Origin: Candidatus Nomurabacteria bacterium
Lineage (GTDB): Bacteria; Patescibacteriota; Minisyncoccia; Phycocordibacterales; UBA918
Length of the DNA: 64,000 nt
Reading direction: 5' to 3'
Assembly: GCA_023898565.1 (NCBI GenBank)
Contig: CP060228.1
Coordinates: forward strand, 776,930 to 840,929
How positions within the stretch are numbered: the first letter of the stretch is position 1; every line of letters starts with the position of its first letter. The position numbers and the translations under genes were made by a program. Shown here piece after piece: positions 48,298-58,767 of the stretch. The notes beneath the pieces were generated by a model. It did no database searches, was not told the origin of the DNA, and saw nothing but the letters and a program-made list of their open reading frames with translations.

Positions 48298-49353
48298 ATG
48301 CAATTAGCTCGGGTCGTTCAATACGTTTTTTTCTTTGCCCTTCTGTTGTTAGCGGGCTATATGGTGTGGCAAATTATCTCACCTTTTATTTCTGCACTTG
48401 CGCTCTCGGCAGTGATTGTCACTATTTGTCATCCACTATATCTCCGCATAAAACGAAGATTGCCTCGCCAGAACAAAACACTTGCTGCCTTTATTACGAC
48501 TATGGTTGTACTGGTCGTCGTAATCATTCCAGTAGTACTACTTTCGTCATTGGTAGTTAGAGAAATTGTGGGTTTTTATCAAGACTTAGATACTGGCAGT
48601 TTATCAATTCAGCCAAGTATTGCAGCGCTTGAGACAAAAATTCATACCTTTGCACCAGATTTTAGAATTGACTTAACCGAGCAGATAAAGGTTACTGCCC
48701 AGTGGCTTACAGGCAATCTTGGTGCCATTTTCAAAGGAACGGTATCAACGATATTTGTCTTCTTCATTTCACTGATTGGTTCTTTTTACTTTTTTAGAGA
48801 TGGTAAGGAATTTTTGGAAGTGCTTATCAAAGCGAGCCCTCTTCCTGACAAAGAAGATCGGATTATTTTTGATAGACTTGCGGTTGCTGTGCGCTCAGTA
48901 GCGACAGGAACAGTGCTTGTGGCGATTATTCAAGGGTCGCTTGTGGCAATAGGATTTGCGTTATTCGGCATTGAACGAGCTATTTTATGGGGGTCATTAG
49001 CGTCTGTAGGAGCACTTATGCCTGGCGTTGGTACCACAATTGTCACAGCTCCGGCAATTGTGTACCTCTTTTTTACTGGAGACATGTTAAGCGCAACCGG
49101 TCTTCTGGTGTGGTCAATGCTTATTGTCGGTTTGGTGGACAACTTAATCGGTCCATATCTTATAAGCCGGGGTAATAATCTACACCCATTCATCGTACTG
49201 ATTTCAGTACTTGGCGGTATCGCTTTATTTGGACCAATTGGTTTTATTATTGGACCTGTAGTGGTGACCTTCTTCTTGGTCCTGCTTGAGATTTATCATC
49301 AATACATCATCAAGGAGCAGCCAATAGAGACAATCAATGAACTCGAGCTATGA
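48298..49353 (+). CDS. AI-2E family transporter (PerM/UPF0118-like membrane protein)
   Basis: It is a multi-TM protein of about 350 aa with the family-typical C-terminal half 'GTVLVAIIQGSLVAIGFALFGIERAILWG...'. The start at 48298 is preferred because TTGCAT-15nt-TATACT lies just upstream. Confidence 0.7.
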   Translation: MQLARVVQYVFFFALLLLAGYMVWQIISPFISALALSAVIVTICHPLYLRIKRRLPRQNKTLAAFITTMVVLVVVIIPVVLLSSLVVREIVGFYQDLDTGSLSIQPSIAALETKIHTFAPDFRIDLTEQIKVTAQWLTGNLGAIFKGTVSTIFVFFISLIGSFYFFRDGKEFLEVLIKASPLPDKEDRIIFDRLAVAVRSVATGTVLVAIIQGSLVAIGFALFGIERAILWGSLASVGALMPGVGTTIVTAPAIVYLFFTGDMLSATGLLVWSMLIVGLVDNLIGPYLISRGNNLHPFIVLISVLGGIALFGPIGFIIGPVVVTFFLVLLEIYHQYIIKEQPIETINELEL

Positions 49354-49769
49354 TTTCACGCGACCAAATTGAAACGCTTTTAAAGATTAATGGAGTCTCA
49401 TCTTCCTCTCCAGATGAGCACATTAGATCGGTGTTACTCAGTGCTCGTTACACGAAGGATGAAGTCGACACCGCTATAATGGTGCTGCGAGAAGATGTAA
49501 AGACCAAACAAACGAGAGTAGACGGACTGCACAAAGTCTTTCGCACCAATGAAGCACTTGCCCCTGCTGAAGTTTCGGCACTGCTGGGAATCGACGTATC
49601 CATTGCTGACACAATTGAACAGCGTCAGAAAGCAAGACAACTTTCGACTTTACAGATTATGATTGTTTGGCTTATGTCGGTGGCTGTCGCAGTCTCTGGA
49701 ATCATGTTTTATATGTATATGCAAAAAGTTGGCGTTTTTCACCCAAGCGTATACGCTAGTAACAAATGA
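49350..49769 (+). CDS. Hypothetical protein with a C-terminal TM helix (139 aa)
   Basis: It forms ATGA overlaps with both neighbours. The C-terminal TM is 'IMIVWLMSVAVAVSGIMFYMY'. Confidence 0.55.
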   Translation: MISRDQIETLLKINGVSSSSPDEHIRSVLLSARYTKDEVDTAIMVLREDVKTKQTRVDGLHKVFRTNEALAPAEVSALLGIDVSIADTIEQRQKARQLSTLQIMIVWLMSVAVAVSGIMFYMYMQKVGVFHPSVYASNK

Positions 49770-50893
49770 CCAATTATACCTTCTTCTCGCTTGTTGCTGG
49801 CGGAGTTTTGCTATTTGAAATTGTATCACTGCAATTTTCTTTTAGTATGACGGCCCATTCATACGGCATTACAGCTTTACGAGCCGAGTTTGCGCTCCCG
49901 GCCAGAGTACAGCGTGCGCTTCCAGCTTTATTTACTACGGCGAAGAGTAGTGTTCCAGACACCGTCATGTTTACAGGAGATGTGCTTCTGGCGAGAAACG
50001 TAGAATATCTAATGAACCAGAAAGGCTCAGATTATCCTTTTCGAGGTATTGATTTTTCTCAGTTTGAAACTAACTCGTACTTGGTGGGCAATTTTGAGTC
50101 CGCTATACCAAATGTTCACCTGCCGACCGAAGCTGGGCAAATGCGTTTTTCAGTAAACCCAGCACATGTACCTGCTGCTAAGCAAGCTGGCTTTACTCAC
50201 TTTTCTTTAGCTAATAATCACACTCTCGACTACGGCTCGTCTGGATATCAAAACACTTGGCAAACTTTAATTAATAATGAAATAAAGCCGGTAGGGGATC
50301 CGCGTGGCTTATCGCAACAGTCTGTGACTATTTTGGATACTGAATCACAAAAAGTGGCCCTTGTAGCCGTGGAATTGCTTCAGAGCGTACCGTCAGAGGC
50401 AGAAGTGCGCGCGTTAATGCAGTATGCAAACAGTGTTTCTGATATGCAGATTTTGTACGTTCATTGGGGCGATGAGTACATCTTGACAAACAATAAAACA
50501 CAACGTTTTTTTGCTGAGCTGTTTATTGCAAACGGGATTGATTTGATTGTCGGACATCACCCTCATGTGGTGCAAAATGTTGAAAGAATTGATGGAATTC
50601 TTGTGTTCTATTCATTAGGAAATTTTATTTTTGACCAATACGACACAAGCGACACACAAGAAAGCCTCGTGCTTAAACTAAACCTAGGCAGAACAGCAAC
50701 CATTGATTTACTGCCTGTTACTAGCGAAAACCAGTTATCGCAACCAGAGCTTATGACACCAAAAAATCATGCAAAATTCCTTGCCTCACTTGCAAATCGG
50801 AGTGATTCGAGTCTTCACTCATTTATTGAGGCGGGCAGGTTGCCATTGCATAGTCTGGTTGCAAGTTCAACAAAAATGGCTATGATAAACTAA
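49766..50893 (+). CDS. CapA/PgsA-family metallophosphoesterase (poly-gamma-glutamate synthesis CapA-like)
   Basis: It carries 'MFTGDVLLARNVE', 'YVHWGDEY' and 'DLIVGHHPHVVQ'. Confidence 0.75.
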   Translation: MTNYTFFSLVAGGVLLFEIVSLQFSFSMTAHSYGITALRAEFALPARVQRALPALFTTAKSSVPDTVMFTGDVLLARNVEYLMNQKGSDYPFRGIDFSQFETNSYLVGNFESAIPNVHLPTEAGQMRFSVNPAHVPAAKQAGFTHFSLANNHTLDYGSSGYQNTWQTLINNEIKPVGDPRGLSQQSVTILDTESQKVALVAVELLQSVPSEAEVRALMQYANSVSDMQILYVHWGDEYILTNNKTQRFFAELFIANGIDLIVGHHPHVVQNVERIDGILVFYSLGNFIFDQYDTSDTQESLVLKLNLGRTATIDLLPVTSENQLSQPELMTPKNHAKFLASLANRSDSSLHSFIEAGRLPLHSLVASSTKMAMIN

Positions 50894-50906
50894 TAATTTC
50901 TTGAGT

Positions 50907-51458
50907 ATGTTTAATAAATTTGAATTAATCGGGGCTGGTATTAGCGTGTTTGCAATGGGGTTAGCTCTCTACTTGATACAAGTACAGACCACTCTGCTTC
51001 GTCCGCTTGAGACCGATGTAGCAGCTCAGGTAATTTCAGCAACAGATCAGGGTGTTGTTGTGGTTGCAAATGACGGTGACAGAACGGCTGCTCGCACCGC
51101 GGCATACACAGCCGCAGCAGATAATCAGGGTAATATTTATCGTATGGTAATTGATGACATTAAATTTGGCACAGGGGAAGAAGTAAAAGAAGGTGATGTT
51201 GTGGCGGTGCACTATGTTGGCACACTACAAAATGGTCAGGAGTTTGATAATTCCCGAAAGCGCGGTGAACCATTTGAGTTCAAAGTAGGTGGAGGGATGG
51301 TTATTGAGGGTTGGGACAAGGGATTACTCGGCATGAAAGTTGGTGGTCAGCGAGTGCTGGTTATTCCACCAGAGATGGCCTATGGCGATCAAGGCATTGG
51401 CCCTATCCCGGGAGGATCTACACTGGTGTTCTCTATCGAGCTGATGGACATCAAGTAA
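50907..51458 (+). CDS. FKBP-type peptidyl-prolyl cis-trans isomerase with an N-terminal TM anchor
   Basis: It carries 'GDVVAVHYVGTLQNGQEFDNS...FEFKVGGGMVIEGWDKGLLGMKVGGQRVLVIPPEMAYG'. Confidence 0.85.
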   Translation: MFNKFELIGAGISVFAMGLALYLIQVQTTLLRPLETDVAAQVISATDQGVVVVANDGDRTAARTAAYTAAADNQGNIYRMVIDDIKFGTGEEVKEGDVVAVHYVGTLQNGQEFDNSRKRGEPFEFKVGGGMVIEGWDKGLLGMKVGGQRVLVIPPEMAYGDQGIGPIPGGSTLVFSIELMDIK

Positions 51459-51471
51459 CCAGGACGACTCT

Positions 51472-51504
51472 AAATGCCAGCAGTCGCTGGCATTTATTTA
51501 TTTC
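51472..51504 (+). terminator. Rho-independent terminator
   Basis: AAATGCCAGC-AGTC-GCTGGCATTT is followed by ATTTATTTC. Confidence 0.7.
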
Positions 51505-51507
51505 ATT

Positions 51508-52710
51508 ATGAGCGACAGACCAGTAACATTTGAAATTGAAAAACGGATTCCCGGCACCTTAGGGAGAGCTGGTGTGATTCATACTCCACATGGCGACATA
51601 CAGACGCCGGCGTTTGTCGTCGTGGGTACAAAAGGTACCGTAAAAAGCCTCAAACCAGAAGATTTGCGTGACTATGTTGGCAACCAAGTAACGCTAGCAA
51701 ATACCTATCATCTTTTCTTGCAGCCAGGCGACGATATTGTTAAAGAGGGTGGGGGACTAAACAAATTTGCCAACTGGGAAACGCCAACCATGACCGACAG
51801 TGGTGGCTTTCAGGTATTTTCACTTGGTGCCGCGTTTGGTAAAGGGGTGACCAAGTTTGCTAAAGGAGAAGCGCAAGAAACAGTTGAAAAGGCTGGACTC
51901 AATGTCTACTCAAAGAAATTTGCCGAAGAACACGGAAAACTCTGTGTGATTGACGAGGAGGGAGTGACCTTCACTTCGCATCTCGATGGCTCTATGCACC
52001 GCTTTACGGCTGAACGCTCAATTGATATTCAGCACAACATCGGCGCAGATATCATTGTGGCCTTTGACGAATGCACGAGTCCGACTGCCGATAAAGAATA
52101 CCAGCGTGAAGCTATGGAGCGCACACACCGCTGGGCGAAGCGCAGTATAATGGCGCATAAACAGAACTACGAAGCGTTAAAAAAGCAAGGCTTGTATGGT
52201 GTGGTGCAGGGCGGACGTTTTCTTGATTTGCGCGAAGAAAGCGCCAGAGTCTTGGCGGCAATGGATTTTGACGGCTTTGGCATTGGCGGCTCATTCACTA
52301 AAGAAGACCTAGGCGATGCGCTTCGCGTAGTTAATGAAATTTTGCCAGAAGATAAGCCGCGGCACCTGCTTGGTATTGGTGAGCCAGAAGATATCACCGA
52401 GGGGGTAAAGCTTGGTTGCGATACGTTTGACTGTGTAGCGCCAACCCGTATTGCACGCACCGGCACTATCTACGAGCGCACTAGTGAAGGTCATAAGCGC
52501 ACCAATCTCCTTAATAGCAAGTACAAACGTGATTTCGGTAAGCCAGATGAATCGTGTGACTGCTATGTGTGCCAGCACTACACCAAGGCCTACCTGGCAC
52601 ACCTCTTTAGGAGCCAGGAAATGCTTGGTGCCCATCTTGCCTCACTGCACAATCTTTACTACATCGTCAATTTCACCAAGCGTTTACGCGAGCAGATTCT
52701 TACCCTCTAG
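51508..52710 (+). CDS. tgt: Queuine tRNA-ribosyltransferase
   Basis: It has 'DSGGFQVFSL' and 'VAFDECTSP', and the zinc site 'CDCYVCQHYTKAYLAHLF'. Confidence 0.9.
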   Translation: MSDRPVTFEIEKRIPGTLGRAGVIHTPHGDIQTPAFVVVGTKGTVKSLKPEDLRDYVGNQVTLANTYHLFLQPGDDIVKEGGGLNKFANWETPTMTDSGGFQVFSLGAAFGKGVTKFAKGEAQETVEKAGLNVYSKKFAEEHGKLCVIDEEGVTFTSHLDGSMHRFTAERSIDIQHNIGADIIVAFDECTSPTADKEYQREAMERTHRWAKRSIMAHKQNYEALKKQGLYGVVQGGRFLDLREESARVLAAMDFDGFGIGGSFTKEDLGDALRVVNEILPEDKPRHLLGIGEPEDITEGVKLGCDTFDCVAPTRIARTGTIYERTSEGHKRTNLLNSKYKRDFGKPDESCDCYVCQHYTKAYLAHLFRSQEMLGAHLASLHNLYYIVNFTKRLREQILTL

Positions 52711-52807
52711 TAACGCTACGCAGTAGCAGAATAGGTCAAGGCAGGTATTGCTTTTTTACGATTCTCTGTCATTATGCACCCAGACTAGTACTCGAAGGAG
52801 GTGCATC

Positions 52808-53452
52808 ATGCACCAAGACCTCAAGCGGGTACGGAAAATCATCCGGGCCCACAAATACCGCTCGCAGCTTAATGCGAGAATCATTTCCATCTTTGCTGAA
52901 GGTTCGCACGAGCATCAGGAACTCATGGGTGCACTAGATGATGTTGCCGCCACACACGACAAAGGACGTCGCGATGACGGTCAGTTTCTGAAGTCGCACG
53001 AGTACGCCATGCTGGCGATTGCACTTGTGTATTGCAGGATTCGCGACCTAGCAACGCTTCTGGCGATTGTCTACCACGATATGTACGAAGACTACCCAGA
53101 CATCTGGCCTCTTTCTAAGATTGAAAGGAAGCGTGGTGCAGAGGTGGCGCAACTTGTAGACAGTGTCAGCAAACCCCCGAAGGAGGATTACGCTACCGAG
53201 GAAGATCATGATGAAGCGGTCTTCGCAAAAGTGCGTGCTGGAGGAATCAAAGCGATGCAAATCAAATGCATTGATCGTCTGCACAATCTCTTGACTTTGG
53301 TTGGTGAAGTTAAGAAGAAAACGCGGAAGATTTTACAGACCGTACAACACGTGATGCCAATTGCGTGCGAGATCAGCTTTCTGATTCCGGAACTCGTCGC
53401 TGCGCTTGGCGAGCAATCCGTCTACCTCACAAGCAAAGTGCCAGCTCATTGA
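52808..53452 (+). CDS. HD-domain protein resembling the RelA/SpoT N-terminal (p)ppGpp hydrolase domain (small alarmone hydrolase-like)
   Basis: It carries 'LLAIVYHDMYEDYPD', '...VAQLVDSVSK' and 'IKCIDRLHNLLTL'. The RBS AAGGAGG lies 7 nt upstream of the ATG at 52808. Confidence 0.6.
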   Translation: MHQDLKRVRKIIRAHKYRSQLNARIISIFAEGSHEHQELMGALDDVAATHDKGRRDDGQFLKSHEYAMLAIALVYCRIRDLATLLAIVYHDMYEDYPDIWPLSKIERKRGAEVAQLVDSVSKPPKEDYATEEDHDEAVFAKVRAGGIKAMQIKCIDRLHNLLTLVGEVKKKTRKILQTVQHVMPIACEISFLIPELVAALGEQSVYLTSKVPAH

Positions 53453-53455
53453 GGT

Positions 53456-53485
53456 GCCGAGGAACTATGTTCCTCGGCTTTTTTT
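53456..53485 (+). terminator. Rho-independent terminator
   Basis: GCCGAGGAAC-TATG-TTCCTCGGC is followed by TTTTTTT. Confidence 0.85.
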
Positions 53486-53529
53486 ATCCAATTACTTTAA
53501 AATCCTGAAAAACCCAGTATAGTACTACA

Positions 53530-55557
53530 GTGGAATTTCAAATCTCAACGAGCAAGCAGCCGGCAGGGGATCAGCCAAAGGCAATTGAAGCATTGGTAAA
53601 CGGAGTAAAGGCTGGGCACCAACACCAGACGCTTTTGGGTGTGACCGGCTCAGGGAAAACATTTACCGCTGCAAATGTTATCCAGCAAATCCAGAAGCCA
53701 ACGCTCGTAATCGCGCACAACAAAACCTTGGCTGCACAGCTCGCTCAGGAGTATCGAGACTTCTTTCCTAATAATGCTGTGCATTATTTTGTGTCATACT
53801 ACGACTACTATCAGCCAGAGGCCTACATGCCCACTTCTGACACGTATATTGAGAAGGAGGCGCAAATCAATGAGGAAATCGACCGTTTACGTCACGCTTC
53901 TACCCAAGCTCTCCTGACTCGTAAGGATGTGATTATCGTCGCTTCGGTGTCGTGCATTTACGGTCTTGGTTCGCCGGCTGAGTATGAGCGCGTCCATCGT
54001 AAAATCGAACGTGGCTACGAGACAAACCGCACTGAAATGCTCCGGATTTTAGTCGATATGTACTTTGAGCGCACCAACGCCGACCTGACACCAGGTCACT
54101 TCCGCGCGGTAGGAAATACTATCGAAATCATGCCCACGAACGAGCGAACCATTTATCGCTTAGCATTTTCAGGTAATAGCGTGTCACACATTACTAAGAT
54201 TGATGGGGTAACGCGGGAAATTATTGAAGAACCAGACGTCTTTTATCTGTTTCCAGCCAAGCACTTTGTTACTCCGGAAGATGAACGAAAAGTGGCTATT
54301 AATGACATTAAGCTTGAGCTAGATGCGCAGCTAAAGCAATTTAAAAAAAACGGCAAACTACTCGAAACCGAGCGCCTCAAGCGCCGTACCGACCATGATT
54401 TGGCGCTCATTCGCGAGATTGGGTATTGTAACGGGATTGAGAACTACTCACGACATTTTGATCGCCGCAAGCCAGGTGAGGCCCCGTACACGCTGCTTTC
54501 ATATTTCCCGCACAAAGAGGATGGAACGCCCGATTTCCTGACCATTATCGACGAGTCTCACGTCACCATTCCGCAGCTCAACGGTATGTTTGCCGGCGAT
54601 CAGTCACGAAAAAAGACGCTCGTCGAGCACGGATTTCGCTTGCCAAGCGCGGTTGATAACCGACCGTTGCGTTTTGAGGAGTTTGAGGAGCGCGTAGGGC
54701 AACAGATTTACACTACCGCGACACCAGGCAAGTTTGAACTGGCAGCCCTCGAAAAGGAAGGGCTAAAACCGGTAGAGCAGATTATTCGTCCAACTGGTCT
54801 TGTAGACCCTGAGATTGATGTGCGCGGTGTGGTAGAGGAGGGTGAGTATCCGGGGCAAGTAAAAGACTTTATTGCTGAAGCTGAGAAAGTGATAAAGGGC
54901 GGTGCACGCGTACTAGTGACAACCCTTACTAAGAAAATGGCGGAAGATCTCTCTGAGTTTCTTTCTGAAAAAAATCTAAAAACCAAGTATATTCACAGTG
55001 ATGTTGAAACCATTGAACGCATTGAGATTCTAACTGACTTTAGAAAGGGTGTGTTCGACTGTTTAGTGGGCGTAAACCTGCTCCGCGAAGGTCTCGATTT
55101 GCCTGAAGTAGAGCTGGTGGCCATTCTCGATGCCGACAAAGAAGGCTTCCTACGCAGCGAAACCGCCCTTATTCAGACGATTGGTCGCGCTGCCCGTAAC
55201 GTAAATGGACGAGTGATTGTCTACGCTGACGAGATAACCAAATCACTCAACTATGCGCTGACTGAAACTTCTAGACGCCGTGAGCTCCAGCTGGCATACA
55301 ACAAAGAGCACGGTATTACACCAAAGACCATCATGAAGGAAATTAAGTCCATCGCCGACCAAATGCGCACCAGTCATGATGAAACTGTAGATACACTGCT
55401 TAAGGTAGATGTTGAGCTTTATAAAAAGAATCCTAAGAAAGTCCTCAAAGACAAGCGCCGGCAGATGGAAGAAGCTGTGGCTATCCTGGATTTTGAAACT
55501 GCCGCAATCATTCGTGATGAAATTAAATATCTAGAAGAATTGGCAGCCAAGAAATAG
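53530..55557 (+). CDS. uvrB: Excinuclease ABC subunit B
   Basis: It has 'GVTGSGKTFT', helicase motifs and a C-terminal UVR domain 'ILDFETAAIIRDEIKYL'. The GTG start lies 6 nt after a TATAGT box. Confidence 0.95.
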   Translation: MEFQISTSKQPAGDQPKAIEALVNGVKAGHQHQTLLGVTGSGKTFTAANVIQQIQKPTLVIAHNKTLAAQLAQEYRDFFPNNAVHYFVSYYDYYQPEAYMPTSDTYIEKEAQINEEIDRLRHASTQALLTRKDVIIVASVSCIYGLGSPAEYERVHRKIERGYETNRTEMLRILVDMYFERTNADLTPGHFRAVGNTIEIMPTNERTIYRLAFSGNSVSHITKIDGVTREIIEEPDVFYLFPAKHFVTPEDERKVAINDIKLELDAQLKQFKKNGKLLETERLKRRTDHDLALIREIGYCNGIENYSRHFDRRKPGEAPYTLLSYFPHKEDGTPDFLTIIDESHVTIPQLNGMFAGDQSRKKTLVEHGFRLPSAVDNRPLRFEEFEERVGQQIYTTATPGKFELAALEKEGLKPVEQIIRPTGLVDPEIDVRGVVEEGEYPGQVKDFIAEAEKVIKGGARVLVTTLTKKMAEDLSEFLSEKNLKTKYIHSDVETIERIEILTDFRKGVFDCLVGVNLLREGLDLPEVELVAILDADKEGFLRSETALIQTIGRAARNVNGRVIVYADEITKSLNYALTETSRRRELQLAYNKEHGITPKTIMKEIKSIADQMRTSHDETVDTLLKVDVELYKKNPKKVLKDKRRQMEEAVAILDFETAAIIRDEIKYLEELAAKK

Positions 55558-55606
55558 CTGTGAGTTACTCTAAATACTAACGTCTCTAAGGTGCTAATAT
55601 TTAGAT

Positions 55607-56413
55607 ATGTCGGTACTAACTCACAAAAATATTCTTATCGTTGGAAGCGAACATGTGTACGTCACAAAACTTTCAGAAGTACTTGTCGCAGAGGACGCTA
55701 AGCTTCATCACACTAGCTGTGCTGATTTTAGTGCCAGTTTAATTGAAGAATTACATATTGAGCTCATTCTAGTAAACGACTTAATCGTAGACCCAGCTTG
55801 CAATGAAGCGCTGCATATGATTCGTGACTTTTTCACTGAAAAGGCCATTCCTGTGTTCGTACTAATTAATGACGATTCAGAGCGAATCCAGGAGGTGCTC
55901 GCCCTTGGCGCTGCTGATTACATTACTCCGCAAGAAGACCACGAATCTGTGGTAGCAAAAATGAAAGCGGTGTTTGGGCAAGGCGACGCGTTTTCTGGCA
56001 GTACCGCAATCGACATCTCAACCGTTGATGCAGAAGTGACTGCTACTGGCATTCGCGTGTTTGTGGTTGAAGACGATCCTCTTTTACGCAATCTCTTGTC
56101 GCTTAAGATGGATAAATCAAAGTTTCCATATGAATTCAGCAAGGACGGCATGAACGTGCTGCCAGCGATGCGTCAGTTTAAGCCAGATATTGTTGTACTA
56201 GATCTCATGCTTCCAGGCAGAAGTGGCTTTGATGTCTTAGCTGAAATAAAGGGAGATGAAAAACTAAAATCAGTACCAGTTGTTATCTTTTCAAATAAAG
56301 ACACTCAGGAGGATAAGCAAAAGGCTCAAGAGATGGGAGCTCGAGGTTTTTATGTAAAAGCAATGACTGATCTCTCTGAACTTATTGAATTAATCGAGTC
56401 TTTAGTTAAGTAA
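55607..56413 (+). CDS. Response regulator with a degenerate N-terminal pseudo-receiver, a canonical C-terminal receiver domain and no output domain
   Basis: The C-terminal half reads 'VFVVEDDPLLRNLLS...IVVLDLMLPGRSGFDVL...VPVVIFSNK'. The N-terminal half lacks the acidic pocket (IVGSEH). Confidence 0.75.
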   Translation: MSVLTHKNILIVGSEHVYVTKLSEVLVAEDAKLHHTSCADFSASLIEELHIELILVNDLIVDPACNEALHMIRDFFTEKAIPVFVLINDDSERIQEVLALGAADYITPQEDHESVVAKMKAVFGQGDAFSGSTAIDISTVDAEVTATGIRVFVVEDDPLLRNLLSLKMDKSKFPYEFSKDGMNVLPAMRQFKPDIVVLDLMLPGRSGFDVLAEIKGDEKLKSVPVVIFSNKDTQEDKQKAQEMGARGFYVKAMTDLSELIELIESLVK

Positions 56414-56457
56414 CATGCAACGCACGAGCCTGACGCGAGCTCGTGTATACTTTACAT

Positions 56458-58767
56458 ATGGCGGATTCTGAACGAAAGCGCAGTGTAGCATCTAAGAAAA
56501 AAAATGCCACCAAGCAAGCGGCTGTGAAAGCTGTTCCTAAACGAGCTCCCCGAAAGCGCGCTGCTAGAAAAGTTGCACCGAAATCTGCTCCTAAGAAAAG
56601 CGAATCCAAGCAACCTAAGAAACCAGCCGAAAATGACATACATCTTCCCCAAAATATGAGCGTCCGCTCAATCGAAAAGAGCTTGGTCTATCAGAGGGAA
56701 TTCGATTACTTCTACCGCAATGCGATGTATAAAATCGCGTATGCAAGCGGCCTTTGTTTTTTGTTGGTTGGCATTTCATATTTGAGTTTAGGACACATTG
56801 CTGACACGAAACTGCAGAGAGCGACAGTGATTGAGAGTACTGCAGACAACATTCTTGGCGCTGCTGATAGTCTTGTCGACAATTCTGCCTCAACATTTAG
56901 ACTTATTTCTGATATACCAGCAAACATCACCGCACCGACTCAAGTTGCTTTTGAAGTCACAAATGCAGCGGATGTAAAAGTAGTGGTGGCGCCAAAAGAC
57001 AAATTTAATGGTTACTCCACTGAGCTTAAGAAAATTAGTGACAGCAAATACTCGGTAACGTTCAGTGGTCCAGATAAAATTTCTGCTGGCTATTACACGC
57101 TGCTTTTCTTTATTAAGACCCCCTCAGGAGAGCGATACCAGAAGCGTAGTGATCTTTTCTTCATGGGCAATCAAGATGTTGAAGCTTGGTACAATAAGCC
57201 AGTGGAGGCAGTCACAGAGTCAGGAATCATTTCCGAAGAGTCTCATGCTGAGCCTGTTGATGAAATTTCAGTAAAGCAAGAAGTCACTCCTGAAGTTATC
57301 AACAAAGATGAAATTGAGCCTCCTGAGGATGCACCTTCTGCGGAAAACACTGACACTGCTGCGACAACAGACGAGGAGGCGCTAACCCTACAATTATTGA
57401 CTCCTCCCGCTGACATACTTACCGGCACTACCGTTCTTTCTTTACGGACATCTGCAACACCCCCATTTGTGGAACTGTACGCACGATCGACATCAGCGAC
57501 CACGCCAACATTTGTCACTTTAGGAGTGGAGCGACTTGATCGATGGGTTTTTCAGTTTGACAGTAGCAATCTTCCGAACGGAAGCTACGCTTTTTTTGTC
57601 AAAACAAAGGTTGACGGAAAATCAGTAGTTTCACCATCACTCACACTTCGCGTTGCAAATACAGTCAACACGACATCCAACACCGTATCACTTCCAAGCA
57701 CTGAAGATCGGCCAGTAATTACAACAGCGGATTTCCTTCCATCATCAAAAGCAGCTTCATTACCAGAAGTTGCGCACGAAACAGATTTGATTATTAAAGA
57801 AAACGAAGAAAGCATCAACGAACTGCTCAAACGCTACGCCACAGCGAAGCAAGCCGGCGATGACTCATTGGTGCAGGCGGCACGCAATGCTTTATCTGAA
57901 GAACAGGAACGCATTGCCATCAAAACCACAACCAATCTTCGCACCAGGGATATTTCAGACAGCATCGACACGGAGCTGCAAGAACGGCTTATCGATTTGC
58001 AAGATCGCATCGATACTTTTGAATCACTTCGGAAAGAGCAATCTGGCGGTAATAGTTCGAAGGATAGCGATAACGACGGCATTTCAGACGTTGATGAGGT
58101 GAACTTGTATAAAACTGACCCATCATCACCTGACACCGACGGAGATGGTTTTGCCGACGGTATAGAAATTGTGCGTGGCTACAATCCTATTGACCCTGCC
58201 GTCGAAGCCGTTATTTCTTTTGAGTCGCCAAAGGAGTCAGTTGGCCTTGTTCGAGATGATGTTCTCAGTGTGACAGTAACTCCAGTGGAAGTGATTGCCG
58301 CAAATACCACCTCAGGTACGCTAAACGCAGAAATTCGCGGCACTGCACTACCAAATAGTTATGTGACTATTTATATCTTTAGTTCTCCAACAGTTGTTAC
58401 TGTGCGCACTGATGCTGATGGTTCATTTGTTTATTCTTTTGATAAAGAGCTCGAAGATGGTACTCATGACGTATATGTAGCCATCACGGACAATGCGGGA
58501 GAAATTCTTGCACAGAGCAGTCCATTTTCTTTTGTGAAAGAGGCACAAGCTATCACACCGATTGCTGCCGCTGGGGCAGAATCGGTTTCTCCATCTCCAC
58601 TTGCTGTGACAGAGTCTAAGCAAAGTGGCTATAATGCAGCACTAGGGATTGGTGTACTCGCATTCGGATTAATTCTCTTCATGCTTGGCATCAGCCTCCG
58701 AAAGCGTAACGAGGAAATTATTGTACCTGAAGATACTGTACTGAATGACGACACTGAAAATATATGA
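56458..58767 (+). CDS. Bitopic or double-TM membrane protein with a Lys/Ala/Pro-rich cytoplasmic N-tail, a large extracytoplasmic region including thrombospondin-type-3-like Ca-binding repeats, and a C-terminal TM
   Basis: The N-tail reads 'KKKNATKQAAVKAVPKRAPRKRAARKVAPKSAPKK'. The Ca-binding repeats are 'DSDNDGISDVDEVNLYKTDPSSPDTDGDGFADGIE'. The TMs lie at about aa 95 and at the C-terminus. Confidence 0.65.
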   Translation: MADSERKRSVASKKKNATKQAAVKAVPKRAPRKRAARKVAPKSAPKKSESKQPKKPAENDIHLPQNMSVRSIEKSLVYQREFDYFYRNAMYKIAYASGLCFLLVGISYLSLGHIADTKLQRATVIESTADNILGAADSLVDNSASTFRLISDIPANITAPTQVAFEVTNAADVKVVVAPKDKFNGYSTELKKISDSKYSVTFSGPDKISAGYYTLLFFIKTPSGERYQKRSDLFFMGNQDVEAWYNKPVEAVTESGIISEESHAEPVDEISVKQEVTPEVINKDEIEPPEDAPSAENTDTAATTDEEALTLQLLTPPADILTGTTVLSLRTSATPPFVELYARSTSATTPTFVTLGVERLDRWVFQFDSSNLPNGSYAFFVKTKVDGKSVVSPSLTLRVANTVNTTSNTVSLPSTEDRPVITTADFLPSSKAASLPEVAHETDLIIKENEESINELLKRYATAKQAGDDSLVQAARNALSEEQERIAIKTTTNLRTRDISDSIDTELQERLIDLQDRIDTFESLRKEQSGGNSSKDSDNDGISDVDEVNLYKTDPSSPDTDGDGFADGIEIVRGYNPIDPAVEAVISFESPKESVGLVRDDVLSVTVTPVEVIAANTTSGTLNAEIRGTALPNSYVTIYIFSSPTVVTVRTDADGSFVYSFDKELEDGTHDVYVAITDNAGEILAQSSPFSFVKEAQAITPIAAAGAESVSPSPLAVTESKQSGYNAALGIGVLAFGLILFMLGISLRKRNEEIIVPEDTVLNDDTENI

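Noticed and set aside
52711-52807. Possible terminator after tgt (gcaggtattgc + TTTTTT)
   Set aside because: The stem is only 3-4 bp, too weak to call. The T-tract alone is insufficient.
49350-58767. Possibility of UGA recoding (as in some CPR lineages)
   Set aside because: TGA serves as the stop in several ATGA gene junctions (49350, 49766, 58764) and the long ORFs have no internal TGA, so the standard code fits.
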